A DNA stretch of 64,000 nucleotides from a virus (lineage: Duplodnaviria > Caudoviricetes): the IMG/VR virus record IMGVR_UViG_3300036798_000504, positions 1,325 through 65,324 of that record; one strand, written 5' to 3'. Positions 24,321 to 34,708 of this stretch are shown one piece after another. Made by a program: the position numbers and the translations under genes. A model generated the notes under the pieces. That model worked only from the letters and a program-made list of their open reading frames with translations. It ran no database searches and was not told where the DNA came from. Numbering within the stretch: the first letter of the stretch is position 1; each line of letters opens with the position of its first letter.

Positions 24321-27245
24321 ATGGCTGACGGCACCACCTTCCCGCCCTTCCAGACCATCCCCGACCTGCCCCCGGCGAGCGGGCTGAACTTCACCGATCA
24401 GGTGTGGATCAATCAGGCCGGCCTCGATGTCCGCGCCAACCTCGGCGACATCGCGGCGCTGATGCCGGCGCACGTGGTGTCGTTCAACGGCCGCACCGGC
24501 GACGTGGCGCTGCAGATCGGCGACATCACCGGCGCCGGTGGTGCGCCACTCTCAAGCCCGGTGCTGGAGGGCGTGCCGCAAGCGCCCACCCCGCCGCGAG
24601 GCGCGACCGACACCCGCATCGCCACCGCCGAGTTCGTGCAGGACGCCATCAGCAGCACCGTCGCAGGCGTCGCCAGCTTCAACGGCCGCGTCGGGGCGGT
24701 GACGCTCACCACCGCCGACATCACCGGCGCTGGCGCGATCACCCACGCCGTCACCAGCGTCTCCTCGGCAAGCGGCGACCTCAGCGTCGCCAACCCCACG
24801 ACGACGCCTGCGCTGACCGTGCTCTCGGCCCCGAAGTGGTCGCAGGCGCGCATCGTCAACTACACCGGCGATGTCACCGGCACGAACACGGTCGACGGCT
24901 CGGCCAACGTCACCACGCCGCTGACTATCGCGCCCTCGGGGGTGGCCGCCGGCACCTATGGCGACGCCACCCACATCCCCGCGGTCACCGTCAACGCCAA
25001 GGGCCTTGTCACCGGCGTCACCCTGATCCCGACCCCGCCGCCGGCCACCGGCACCGTCTCCAGCGTCGGCCTGACCGTGCCCACCGGCTTCGCGGTCGCC
25101 GGCAGCCCGGTCACCGGGGCAGGCACCCTGGCGATCAGCTTCACTGCCCAGCCCAACAACGTCGTGCTGGCGGGTCCCGCGACCGGCGGCCCGCTCGCCC
25201 CGACGTGGCGGCAACTGACCCAGGCCGACATCGCTGGCGGCGTCGGCGTCACCAGTGTCGGGCTCACCATGCCCGCGCTGTTCGGCGTCAGCGGCTCGCC
25301 CGTGACCGGCGCCGGGGGCTTCACCGTCACCATCCCGAACCAGGGCCAGAACTTGGTGTGGGCTGGCCCGACCACGGGTGGCCCAGGTCAACCCGCCTTC
25401 CGCCCGTTGACCCTCGCCGACATGCCGGCCGGCCTCGCGACCGGCACCGTGAACTCGGTGGGGCTGGCGCTGCCGAACATCTTCACCGTCACCGGCTCGC
25501 CGGTCACCGGCTCGGGGACGCTCACCGGCGCCCTCGCCACCCAGGCGGCGGGCACCATCTTCGCCGCCCCGGTCGCGGGCGGCGTCCCCAGCTTCCGCGC
25601 GCTGCAGACATCCGATCTGCCCAGCCTCAGCTACCTGCCGCTGGCGGGCGGCACGCTGACCGGGCCGCTCAACGGCACCGCCGTCCACGTCGGCACGACC
25701 TTCCGCGTCGGGACCAACAACCTCTCGTCCTATTCCAACACCGCCCAAGCGTCGATTGAAGCCATCGGGGATGGCGTTGGTGCGGGGCTCAACGCCAGCC
25801 GCTTCTCGACTGACGCCAGCGGCCCGGTCATCAACGGCCTCAAGGCGCGCGGCACGCTCGCGGCCCCAGTAGCGGTGGTCAGCGGCGACTTCGTTAACCA
25901 GTTCCAGGCCCAGGCCTACGACGGCTCGGCCTTCCAGTTGGTCGCGGCGATCCTCTCGCAAGCGCAGACCTACACCGCGCCGGGCAACCTCTCGGGCGCT
26001 CTGTACTTGCAGACGCGGACGGCGGGCCCGGGTGGTGCGCTGGCGAACGCGCTCACCATCGACCAAGTCCAGAACGCCACCTTCGCTGGCACGACCACCA
26101 CCTTTGGGGTGGCGGGCTCGGGCGCGGTGGCGAACCCGACCCAGATCAGGCTCGACGGCAGCTACGCGACCGCGTCCGGCGGCCCCCTGAAGCTCGATCT
26201 GTTCGGCGGCAACGGCCAGTACGGCATCGGCTTGTCGTCGGGGAACATGTACCTCAACGCCGGCGCTGCCGCGCCCACGGCAGAGTTCAGCCCGACCCTG
26301 ACCACCTTCCACCAGCCGGTCACCGGGCTCAGCGGCTTCCTCGTCAACCCGCCTGGGGTGACGCAGTTCACGCTGGCGCAGCGGCCCCCGGCCACCGGCA
26401 ACCCCAACGCCGCGTTCTACCCGACGACGCCGAACACGCTGATGAACGTGGCGCTGTACCCCAACGGCGTACCGCCCGGAGGGACCGGGGCAAGCCTCCT
26501 CCTCTTCGACAGCGACCTGTTCAACACCACGACGACACCGAACAACTATCTCCAACTGACGACGGCGGCCGACGCGAACCGGCTGGTCGCTGGCGCCCAA
26601 AACGGCGCGACCCAGAAGCCGTTCGCGATCCGGGTTGGGACTGTCGATGCGCTCACCATCGACGCAACGCAGACCGTCACCCTGATCCATCCGCCGGTGT
26701 GGCCTGCGGTCAACCAGAACCGCTTCTGGGCGAGCCCGGTGGGTGCGTCTGCGGCGCCCGCCTTCCGCAAGCTCGACGTGTCCGACATGCCGGCGCTGAC
26801 GACCGCCAATCTGACCGACATCATCCCGCCGACCGCCTTCACGCCCACCGTCAGCTTCGGCACCACGGTGGGCGACCTCGCGGTGTCCTACACGGTCCAA
26901 AGGGGGTCTTGGAGCGCGGTCGGTAAACTGACGCATGTGGAGGTCAACCTAAGCTGCACGCTGACCTACACGACCTCGGCCGGCGCTCTCATCGTCCTCC
27001 TGCCAGGGCTGCCGCTACCGCCGAGCAGCGGGGCCGTCGCGCCGATGGGCGTCGTCGTCGTCGGCCATGCGACGGGGTGGACCGGGTACCTCTATGGCAA
27101 CATAGCCATCGTCGGCGGCGTTGCTGCGGTTTTCATCAACCAAGTGCCCCCCGCCTCCTTCGCTCAGTCTCTCACCGTGGCCAACGTCCCGAGCGGCGCG
27201 ACGGTCTACACGGTCCAGATCAACATCGACTACAGCGCGGCATAA
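24321..27245 (+). CDS. Tail fibre / receptor-binding protein 1
   Basis: VVSFNGRTGDVAL and VASFNGRVGAVTL repeats; three ~62-aa GTVxSVGL...SPVTGxG...FRxLxxxD repeats; beta-rich C-terminus. Confidence 0.85.
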   Translation: MADGTTFPPFQTIPDLPPASGLNFTDQVWINQAGLDVRANLGDIAALMPAHVVSFNGRTGDVALQIGDITGAGGAPLSSPVLEGVPQAPTPPRGATDTRIATAEFVQDAISSTVAGVASFNGRVGAVTLTTADITGAGAITHAVTSVSSASGDLSVANPTTTPALTVLSAPKWSQARIVNYTGDVTGTNTVDGSANVTTPLTIAPSGVAAGTYGDATHIPAVTVNAKGLVTGVTLIPTPPPATGTVSSVGLTVPTGFAVAGSPVTGAGTLAISFTAQPNNVVLAGPATGGPLAPTWRQLTQADIAGGVGVTSVGLTMPALFGVSGSPVTGAGGFTVTIPNQGQNLVWAGPTTGGPGQPAFRPLTLADMPAGLATGTVNSVGLALPNIFTVTGSPVTGSGTLTGALATQAAGTIFAAPVAGGVPSFRALQTSDLPSLSYLPLAGGTLTGPLNGTAVHVGTTFRVGTNNLSSYSNTAQASIEAIGDGVGAGLNASRFSTDASGPVINGLKARGTLAAPVAVVSGDFVNQFQAQAYDGSAFQLVAAILSQAQTYTAPGNLSGALYLQTRTAGPGGALANALTIDQVQNATFAGTTTTFGVAGSGAVANPTQIRLDGSYATASGGPLKLDLFGGNGQYGIGLSSGNMYLNAGAAAPTAEFSPTLTTFHQPVTGLSGFLVNPPGVTQFTLAQRPPATGNPNAAFYPTTPNTLMNVALYPNGVPPGGTGASLLLFDSDLFNTTTTPNNYLQLTTAADANRLVAGAQNGATQKPFAIRVGTVDALTIDATQTVTLIHPPVWPAVNQNRFWASPVGASAAPAFRKLDVSDMPALTTANLTDIIPPTAFTPTVSFGTTVGDLAVSYTVQRGSWSAVGKLTHVEVNLSCTLTYTTSAGALIVLLPGLPLPPSSGAVAPMGVVVVGHATGWTGYLYGNIAIVGGVAAVFINQVPPASFAQSLTVANVPSGATVYTVQINIDYSAA

Positions 27246-27249
27246 CCTG

Positions 27250-30200
27250 ATGGGCAACCCGATCCAGACCATCCCCAACCTGCCGCCCGCCATCGGCCTC
27301 TCGGGCGACGAGCAGACGTGGATCAATCAGGCCGGCGTCGACCGGCGCACCAGCTTGAGCGCCATCGCTGCGCTGGTGGTGGTCCCGCCCCCCAACGGCG
27401 GCGGGGGCGGCGTCGTGGACGGCAGCGCGGCGGTGGTGACCGCCTACAGCGCCATCCGCAAGGCCACCTTCCCGGCCACGGTCACCTCGGTCGTGCTCAA
27501 CGATATCTACAAGGGCGGCGTCTTCGTGCGCGGCCCGGCGAGCTTGCCCGACAACGGCGGCACCCGGATCAAGGACGCCTCGGGCCAGTTCTGGTGGCGC
27601 GTCTACGACGAGCGCATCAACGCCGCGTGGTTCTACTCGGGGCCGCCCGACACCCTCGGCAACCCGACCACGCTGGGCTCGGGGCCGGCGCAGATCACCC
27701 AGGCCGACCTCGATGCGAACATCGCGGTTTGGGTCGGCCTCGCCGACGACGGCTATGGCGGCGGCCCCGGCAGCGTGCAGACCGCGCAGCCCTACCCGGT
27801 CGGCACCTACTGGGATTTCGTGGCGCTGCAGGAGTGGATTTACGCCTGCGCGGCCGAGCGCTCGGTGCCGCAGTCGACCTTCATCGGCGCCATGAATAAC
27901 GACGGGCGGCTGCGCGTCAGCCAGTGGCTGACCGGGCCGGGGTTCCTCGGGATCGGCCAGCCGATCACCGGCGCCGGCGTCGCGCCGGGGTCTTTCGTCA
28001 GCGCGCTCGACCCCGACCCCAACGTCTACTGGATCGGCCTGAACCACTACACCGGCAGCCTTCACGGCGTCACGACCGACGCGGGCACCAACTTCGACGG
28101 CTACCTTGAAGGCGTGATCCTGACCGCAAACGGCATCTACACCAATCCCGGCGCGCCCCCGCTGCTGAAGCCGGGCGACGAGATCACCAGCCCGCTCTAC
28201 CCACCGGAGAGCTTCTTCAACGGCGTGCTGCCGGGCACCACGGTGGGCCCGCAGATCGACGGGCCGCCCGGCGGCGCCGTTGGCGTCCGCGCCGACTTCT
28301 ACATCGGCATCAAGCAGAACGTCCCCTCGACCCTTATGGTGGGCGTCGGCGGCCCGACCTGGAACACGGTGGGCGGTGAGTACCAGCGCAACATCCCCGG
28401 CTTCTGCCCGCGCGGGGTCATGTACCTCAACCAGATGCTGGTGGTGAACGGCAACGGGCTCGACCTGCTGTTCGCCTCCAAGCGGGGCACCACCCTCAAC
28501 TGGTACGGCAACGCCACGGCCACGTCGAACGTCGGCCCGGGGATCAAGTTCAACACGCTGGCCTACTCGACGGTCAAAAGCCTCACCGTCTTCGACCAGT
28601 CGGTCGTCCTCGGCGGCGTCTCCAACTACCTCGTCAGCCTCTCGCACACCCCCGGCACGCCCGGCCTCAACGTCGAAAACAATACGTTGCAGGATTGGAA
28701 TATCGTCGGCAACTACAACACCAGCCAAGCCGGCATCGCCATCTCGCCCGAGGGCGGCGCCGCGCAGGGCGACACCCAGATGTTCATCCAGTGCTGGGTG
28801 ACCGGGTTCTATGACGGCTTCACCTTCGGCGGCGCCAACGCCATCGGCGGCACCTTCATCGGCGGCCAGACCCAGGCCTGCCCCCGCTACGGCGTCGCGG
28901 CGTTCGGCGGAAGCTTTTCCGCCTACACGATGCTGACCGAGAACAACTCGGCCAACAGCTACTACCAGACCCCCCAGCGCACCCAGATTCACCTCGGCGG
29001 CGCCGACTTCTACGCCCAGCAGGTGCAGACCGAATCGTGCGTCGTCATCGGCTGCCGCTCCGAGGGCACGGTCGGGATGGCCGACACGAACCATGAGTCC
29101 AGCGTGATCAACTGGACGACCGGCGGCTACTTCAACTTGTGGGCGCCCAACCAGCACTGGACGCCGCAGACGCTGCTGGCGGTCAATAACCCTGGCGTCA
29201 ACTCGACCAACGCACTCAACAACTACGCCGTGGTGATGCTGGCCGACGACGGCGGCCCGCCCTGGCTGAAGAGCGACGCTAGCTCGACGACGACCGTGAT
29301 CTCGTTCACGCCGAACCCCGGCTGGACGCCGAACCAGTGGGCGGGCTTCGGCGTCTGGCTGATGCCGGCCGGCGCCTACCAAGCCAACAGCATCGCTATC
29401 GAGTCCAACACCGCCAACACGATCACCCTGCCCGCGGCGACGCCGGCCTGGGCCTCGGGCGCCAACTGGTGGAAAATCTTCAACAAGTCCGGCGGTGCGG
29501 CGCCGAACTGGGGCGCGACCACCCACTTCGGCCAGTTCCTGCGCAACGCGGCCGGCTGGGGCTCGACCATCGCGGCCGGCTTCAACCTGCTGCAGACCGC
29601 CACCGGGGTCGTCGCGGGCGACTGGGTGATGATCCCCGATCAGGCGGTCTTCCCCGACGGCGGCAACGTGCCGATGGCGCTGACGGGCAAGGTGCAGAAC
29701 CAGCACCCGTCCTCCACCGGCTGGTACATCCAATCGTTCGGAACCCTGGCGACGGTCTGGGGTGTGCCCAGCAACCCGATCCTGCTCGGCGGCCTCCCGT
29801 CCGCCACCGGCTACAACTTCCTCATCGGCCAGACCTCGGGCGCGGCGGGCGCCATCGGCCAGTACACGCTGCAGTACCCGCAGACGCTCGGCTCGGACTT
29901 CACCGGCTCGATCTCGGGCGCCTTCCTGACCGTGACCGCGGTCAACCACGGCGCCGTGGCGGCTGGCCAGTACCTCGGCGGCGCCGGCATCTCCAACTCC
30001 GCGCCGCCGCAGATCACCAACGCCGGCGTCGGCTTCACCGGCTTCGTGGACGACGGCAGTGGCGGGACCGTCAAAGGGACCGTGCTCACCGTGCAGACGG
30101 TGGCCGCCGGCGTCATCCGCCTGGGCGCGCCGCTGACCGGCGGCGCCGTGGCCGCCGGCACCGTCATCCTCAGCCAGATCAGCGGCCCGGCGGGCGGGGC

Positions 30201-31494
30201 AGGGACCTACAACGTCAGTGGCCAGCCGCAACTTCTCGGCCAGTGCGCCTTCACCGGCTCGATGACCACCACCGCGCAGTTGACCGTCACCGCCATCGCC
30301 TCGGGCGCGCTGGCCTTCGGCCAACTGCTGCAGGGCCCCGGCGTGCCGCCGGGCTGCCTGCTCTCGACCCAGATCAGCGGCGTGGCCGGCGGCGTCGGCC
30401 TCTACAACATCACCTCCTCGGTGAACGTCGCCAGCGAGGCGATGACCGCGACCTGGAGCTTGGCCGGCGGCGGGCTGGCGGCGCAGTTCACCGCCACCGT
30501 CGACAACGGCGCCGGCTCCTACGGTAACATCCTCACCGTGACGGCGATGGCTGGTGGTGTGCTGGGCGTCGGCCAGACCGTCAACGTGCCGGTGAGCGGC
30601 GGCCCGGCGGGCATGACCGCGCAGGCGACCATCGTCCCAAGCCTGACCAGCACCGGCACCGGCGGCCTCGGCACCTACGCGCTGAGCGGCCTGGGCAACA
30701 TCATCGTGCCGTCGAGCGCGATGACCGCCAACTCCACGGGCGGCATCGGCACCTACACGATCAGCCCGCCAGCCGGGGCGCCGATCACCAGCGAGGCCAT
30801 GCAAGGCGGCTACCTCTCGCAGATCGCGCCGCTCTGGGAGATCGTCGATGCCCACGGCAACCCGCAGAACGCGGCCAAAAGCACGGTCGACGCCAACCCG
30901 GCCTACTACAGCGCCGGCATCACCGACGGCGGCCTCACCCACATGGTCATCGACTACGACGTGATGTGGGGCGTCGGCTCGCTCGACCAGTGCCAGCTTG
31001 GCCTCACCGGCAAGGTCGGCGCCATCGGCCGGATCGACAATCTCGCCGCGCCGGGGCCGGGCGGCATCACCGGGGCGGCGATCCGTCCCAACGAAGGCTT
31101 CGTCGGTCAGTTCTCCTACAAGAACGCCGCGCAGTTCACGCTGCCGCCGCGCTTCGGGGTGGGCGCCAACGTCACGCCGTTCACCATCGACGCGAGCTTC
31201 TTCAACCAGTCGAACGTGGTCTGCACCGTCGCAGCGAACAACACCGTGCTCGGGCTCGCGCCGCTCGGGCCGGGCCTCATCGTCGACATCGACCTCTTCC
31301 TGACGCCCGGCCAAGCCATCTCTGGCGGCATGATCGTGGACTGGGACCCGACGACGGTGAAGTCGCCGACGACGACCATCAACATCGGCCAGAACGGTCA
31401 GCAGACCATCGTGCGGATGAAGTGGGTCGGCAACGCCAACCCCGCCGCGCCCGGCGGCCACTGGTACGTGATGTCGGCGGAAGGACCCATGTGA
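27250..31494 (+). CDS. Tailspike / receptor-binding protein 2 (beta-helix-like centre, Gly/Thr repeats)
   Basis: Start MGNPIQTIPNLPP at 27250; pectate-lyase-like region (DFVALQEW...GKGVMY-like PRGVMYLN, N/G ladders); FTG..LTVTA..GG.GTY repeats. Confidence 0.85.
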   Translation: MGNPIQTIPNLPPAIGLSGDEQTWINQAGVDRRTSLSAIAALVVVPPPNGGGGGVVDGSAAVVTAYSAIRKATFPATVTSVVLNDIYKGGVFVRGPASLPDNGGTRIKDASGQFWWRVYDERINAAWFYSGPPDTLGNPTTLGSGPAQITQADLDANIAVWVGLADDGYGGGPGSVQTAQPYPVGTYWDFVALQEWIYACAAERSVPQSTFIGAMNNDGRLRVSQWLTGPGFLGIGQPITGAGVAPGSFVSALDPDPNVYWIGLNHYTGSLHGVTTDAGTNFDGYLEGVILTANGIYTNPGAPPLLKPGDEITSPLYPPESFFNGVLPGTTVGPQIDGPPGGAVGVRADFYIGIKQNVPSTLMVGVGGPTWNTVGGEYQRNIPGFCPRGVMYLNQMLVVNGNGLDLLFASKRGTTLNWYGNATATSNVGPGIKFNTLAYSTVKSLTVFDQSVVLGGVSNYLVSLSHTPGTPGLNVENNTLQDWNIVGNYNTSQAGIAISPEGGAAQGDTQMFIQCWVTGFYDGFTFGGANAIGGTFIGGQTQACPRYGVAAFGGSFSAYTMLTENNSANSYYQTPQRTQIHLGGADFYAQQVQTESCVVIGCRSEGTVGMADTNHESSVINWTTGGYFNLWAPNQHWTPQTLLAVNNPGVNSTNALNNYAVVMLADDGGPPWLKSDASSTTTVISFTPNPGWTPNQWAGFGVWLMPAGAYQANSIAIESNTANTITLPAATPAWASGANWWKIFNKSGGAAPNWGATTHFGQFLRNAAGWGSTIAAGFNLLQTATGVVAGDWVMIPDQAVFPDGGNVPMALTGKVQNQHPSSTGWYIQSFGTLATVWGVPSNPILLGGLPSATGYNFLIGQTSGAAGAIGQYTLQYPQTLGSDFTGSISGAFLTVTAVNHGAVAAGQYLGGAGISNSAPPQITNAGVGFTGFVDDGSGGTVKGTVLTVQTVAAGVIRLGAPLTGGAVAAGTVILSQISGPAGGAGTYNVSGQPQLLGQCAFTGSMTTTAQLTVTAIASGALAFGQLLQGPGVPPGCLLSTQISGVAGGVGLYNITSSVNVASEAMTATWSLAGGGLAAQFTATVDNGAGSYGNILTVTAMAGGVLGVGQTVNVPVSGGPAGMTAQATIVPSLTSTGTGGLGTYALSGLGNIIVPSSAMTANSTGGIGTYTISPPAGAPITSEAMQGGYLSQIAPLWEIVDAHGNPQNAAKSTVDANPAYYSAGITDGGLTHMVIDYDVMWGVGSLDQCQLGLTGKVGAIGRIDNLAAPGPGGITGAAIRPNEGFVGQFSYKNAAQFTLPPRFGVGANVTPFTIDASFFNQSNVVCTVAANNTVLGLAPLGPGLIVDIDLFLTPGQAISGGMIVDWDPTTVKSPTTTINIGQNGQQTIVRMKWVGNANPAAPGGHWYVMSAEGPM

Positions 31495-31832
31495 TGATCG
31501 ATGCAGCAACGCTGAACGCCAAGGGCGTGCGGACGCGGCAGGCGCTGGACATCCTGCGCACCACCATCAAGACGCCGCAGCAGGCGCTCTCGGTGGCCTA
31601 CGCCTACGCCACCTTCTCCAACCTGATGCGCGCGCTGGAAGAGGACGCCGGTGTCTTCCCCGGCTACTTCGGGTCGGCGGGGCCGCTGCTCCCGGAGGTC
31701 AACCCGTTCGACGGGGTGGTGATGCCGGCGGCGGTCAGCGGCGAGCCGGCGCCGCCGTTCAATCAGCCCAAGCAGGCGGGTGTGCCGGCCGCGCCGCCGT
31801 TTGACACGCCGACCCCGACCCTGAACTTCTAA
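31494..31832 (+). CDS. Hypothetical tail-module protein
   Basis: TGATG coupled to the tailspike. Confidence 0.7.
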   Translation: MIDAATLNAKGVRTRQALDILRTTIKTPQQALSVAYAYATFSNLMRALEEDAGVFPGYFGSAGPLLPEVNPFDGVVMPAAVSGEPAPPFNQPKQAGVPAAPPFDTPTPTLNF

Positions 31833-31834
31833 AG

Positions 31835-32614
31835 ATGCCCGGCGCCCCGACCACCCCGCTGACCTACAACGGCCTCGTCACCCAGGTCTGCCTGCTGGCG
31901 CCCTACCAGTTCGACACCAGCGGGCCGGTGGTGCTGCCGCTGAACCAGCCCGAGTTCACGGCGCTGATCCCGATGATGTTGACCTACGCCGAGCAGCGCA
32001 TCCAGCGTGACCTGGAACTGCTCAACACCCAGGTGATGCGCGGGCCCTACGCGCTGGTGGTCGGCTCCAACCAACTGTCGGTGCCGCCCGCGGACCTGAT
32101 GGTGATCCAGGACGTGCTGGTCAGCATCGGCGGGGCGCCAACGCCGATGAACCCGGTCAGCAAGGCTTACATGCTGACGGTCTGGCCCTCGACCTCCGCG
32201 CCGGGCCCGCCCAAGGTGGTGGCCCTGCAGGGCGGCGACGCGGCGACGCTCGGGCAGACCGGCACCATCCTGCTGTTCGGGCCGCCGCCGGACCTACCTT
32301 ATCAGGTCAACTGCATCGGCGAATCGCGGCCGCCGTCGCTCGCCACGTTCGGGGACCCGGGCGAGGCCGGGACGGCCACCACCTGGATATCGACGTGGCT
32401 GCCCGACCTGCTGGTGATGGCCTGCATGATCTACGTCAGCGGCTACCAGCGCGACTTCGGGCGCCAGTCCGACGACCCGCAGATGGCGCAGTCCTACGAA
32501 GCGCAGTACGGCACGCTGCTGGACGGCGTGAACAAGCAGGAGTTCCAGCGCCGCTGGGAGGCCGACGCCTGGACCGCCCAGGCCAAGTCTCCGGTCGCCA
32601 CGCCGACGAGGTGA
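31835..32614 (+). CDS. Tail tubular A / adaptor-like protein
   Basis: LTYNGLV, LIPMMLTYAEQRIQRDL, TWISTWLPDLLVMACM, YEAQY motifs. Confidence 0.7.
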   Translation: MPGAPTTPLTYNGLVTQVCLLAPYQFDTSGPVVLPLNQPEFTALIPMMLTYAEQRIQRDLELLNTQVMRGPYALVVGSNQLSVPPADLMVIQDVLVSIGGAPTPMNPVSKAYMLTVWPSTSAPGPPKVVALQGGDAATLGQTGTILLFGPPPDLPYQVNCIGESRPPSLATFGDPGEAGTATTWISTWLPDLLVMACMIYVSGYQRDFGRQSDDPQMAQSYEAQYGTLLDGVNKQEFQRRWEADAWTAQAKSPVATPTR

Positions 32615-32620
32615 TGCGCC

Positions 32621-34708
32621 ATGCCCCACGCCGCGGTCGAGCTTGCTGACGGGGTCAACGTCAACCGCACGCCGGCGCTCAACCAGTACGGCATCAGCTT
32701 CTCCCAGTTGATCCGCTACCAGTTCGACAACTCAGGCCAGCCGATGGTCCAGAAGCTCGGCGGCTGGGCCAAGTACCTGACCGCCCCGACCCCGGCCCCG
32801 GTCAGGGCCTTGTGGGGCTGGGAGGACACCAACGCGGTCACCCATCTCGCCTATGGGACCGATAGCTATGGCGGGCGTTCGCAGCTTGCCGTGGCGACCG
32901 GCGGCTCGGTGCAGGACATCACCCCCACCAGCAGCCAGACCAACGGCGCGGCGGTGCAGTTTGAGACCACGGCCGGCTCGCCGAACGTGCTCATCACCGA
33001 CCCCGGCATGACCGGGCTGACCAGCTTCGACAGCGTGGTGGTCGAGACCCCGATCTCGGTCGGCGGGCTGATCCTGAAGGGGCCCTATCCGATCACTCAG
33101 ATCAGCCCGAGCCAGTACCAGATCACCGCGCTCGACGTGCTCGGCAACCCGGTGGCGGCGAGCGCCGCCGACTCGCCCGGGGTGCTGGAGACCTACACGA
33201 CGACAGCGGGTTCGCCGGCGGTCACCGTGACGATGCCGAACCACGGCCTCGTGGTGGGCAAGACCTGGGCGATCCTGGTGCCGACCACGGTCGACGGCAT
33301 CACCTTGTTCGGCAACTACATCGTCTCGACGGTGCTCTCGTCGAGCCAGTTCCTGATCATCGCCACCGTGGTGGCGGCGACCGCCGCGGGCCCGACGCTG
33401 ATCAACGGCGGCGAGGTGCGCCTGCAGTACCAGTTCGGCATCGGCCCCACCCTGCCGGCCACCGGCTTCGGCCAGAACGGCTTCGGCGAGGGCCCGTTCG
33501 GCGGCGCCGGCTCGCCAGCCAACCCGGCCACCGGCGCGCCGATCAACGCCACCGACTGGACCTTGGACAACTTCGGCGAGGTGCTGATCGCCTGCCCGAT
33601 CAACGGCACCCTCAACCAGCCGCTCTACGCCTGGAACCCGCTCTCGGGCTCGCCGCAGGCCTCGGTGATCAGCCAGGGGCCCACGGTCAACGATGGCTTC
33701 TTCGTGGCCATGCCGCAGCGGCAGATCATCTGCTGGGGCTCGACCGTCACCGGCATCCAGGACCCGCTGCTGGTGCGCTGGTGCGACCTCAACAACTTCA
33801 ACATGTGGTTCGACCTGCCCACCAATCAGGCAGGCGAGTGGCGCCTGCCGCGCGGCTCCAAGATCGTCGGCGGCATCCAGGGACCGCAGCAGGGGCTGCT
33901 GTGGACCGACCTCTCGATCTGGTCGGTGCAGTACATCAACCTGCCCGGAGTGTGGTCGTTCAACGAGATCGCCACCGGCTGCGGGCTGATCAGCCGCAAG
34001 GCGGCGGCGGCCGCCAACGGCACCGTCTACTGGATGGGGCCGACCCAGTTCTACAGCCTGACCAGCGAGGGCGTGCAGCCGCTCGCCTGCCCGGTCTGGG
34101 ACGTGGCCTTCCAGGACATGGACGTGGCCAACGTCAGCAAGATCAGGGTGGCGGTGAACTCGCGCTTCAACGAGATCGCTTGGTACATCCCGACCCTCGG
34201 GTCGAACGGCGAGAACGGCACCTACCTCAAGTACAACTACGCCTTGGGCTGGTGGGACACGGGCCTGTTGTCGCGCTCGGCCTGGATCGACCAGTCGGTG
34301 CTGGGCGCGCCCATCGGGGCCGATCCGGGGAGCCGCTTCATCTACCAGCACGAGGTGTCGAACGACGCCGACGGCGTGCCGATGCTCTCCAACTGGGCCA
34401 CCGGCGACTTCACCCTCTCCGAGGGTGACATGATGACGTTCCTCGACGAGTTCTGGCCCGACGCGCGCTACGGCGACTACAACCAGCCGCAGAACGCCAC
34501 GCTGCAGATCACCTTCAAGGTCCGCGACTTCCCCGAGGACCCGCAGCGCACCTACGGCCCCTACACCGCCACCCAGGCCTCGCGCTGGTTCAACCCCCGC
34601 GCCCGCGGTCGCCTGTTCTCGCTGCAGATCGGCTCGTCCGACATCGGCTCGTTCTGGCGCATGGGCCGGTTCCGCTATAGGGGGCAGCCGGCAGGGCGGT
34701 ACGGATGA
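32621..34708 (+). CDS. Tail nozzle (P22 gp10 / T7 gp12-like) protein
   Basis: About 695 aa, beta-propeller-like; DPLLVRWCD, GCGLIS, VYWMG, RFNEIAWY, LSRSAWID motifs. Confidence 0.8.
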   Translation: MPHAAVELADGVNVNRTPALNQYGISFSQLIRYQFDNSGQPMVQKLGGWAKYLTAPTPAPVRALWGWEDTNAVTHLAYGTDSYGGRSQLAVATGGSVQDITPTSSQTNGAAVQFETTAGSPNVLITDPGMTGLTSFDSVVVETPISVGGLILKGPYPITQISPSQYQITALDVLGNPVAASAADSPGVLETYTTTAGSPAVTVTMPNHGLVVGKTWAILVPTTVDGITLFGNYIVSTVLSSSQFLIIATVVAATAAGPTLINGGEVRLQYQFGIGPTLPATGFGQNGFGEGPFGGAGSPANPATGAPINATDWTLDNFGEVLIACPINGTLNQPLYAWNPLSGSPQASVISQGPTVNDGFFVAMPQRQIICWGSTVTGIQDPLLVRWCDLNNFNMWFDLPTNQAGEWRLPRGSKIVGGIQGPQQGLLWTDLSIWSVQYINLPGVWSFNEIATGCGLISRKAAAAANGTVYWMGPTQFYSLTSEGVQPLACPVWDVAFQDMDVANVSKIRVAVNSRFNEIAWYIPTLGSNGENGTYLKYNYALGWWDTGLLSRSAWIDQSVLGAPIGADPGSRFIYQHEVSNDADGVPMLSNWATGDFTLSEGDMMTFLDEFWPDARYGDYNQPQNATLQITFKVRDFPEDPQRTYGPYTATQASRWFNPRARGRLFSLQIGSSDIGSFWRMGRFRYRGQPAGRYG

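Noticed and set aside
382-31509. Very long antisense or alternate-frame ORFs (e.g. 382..2535 +, 8046..10097 -, 11493..14234 -, 24552..26936 -, 27220..31509 -)
   Set aside because: Shadow ORFs expected in ~70% GC DNA opposite real genes; they have biased V/G/R/A composition, no motifs and no SD.
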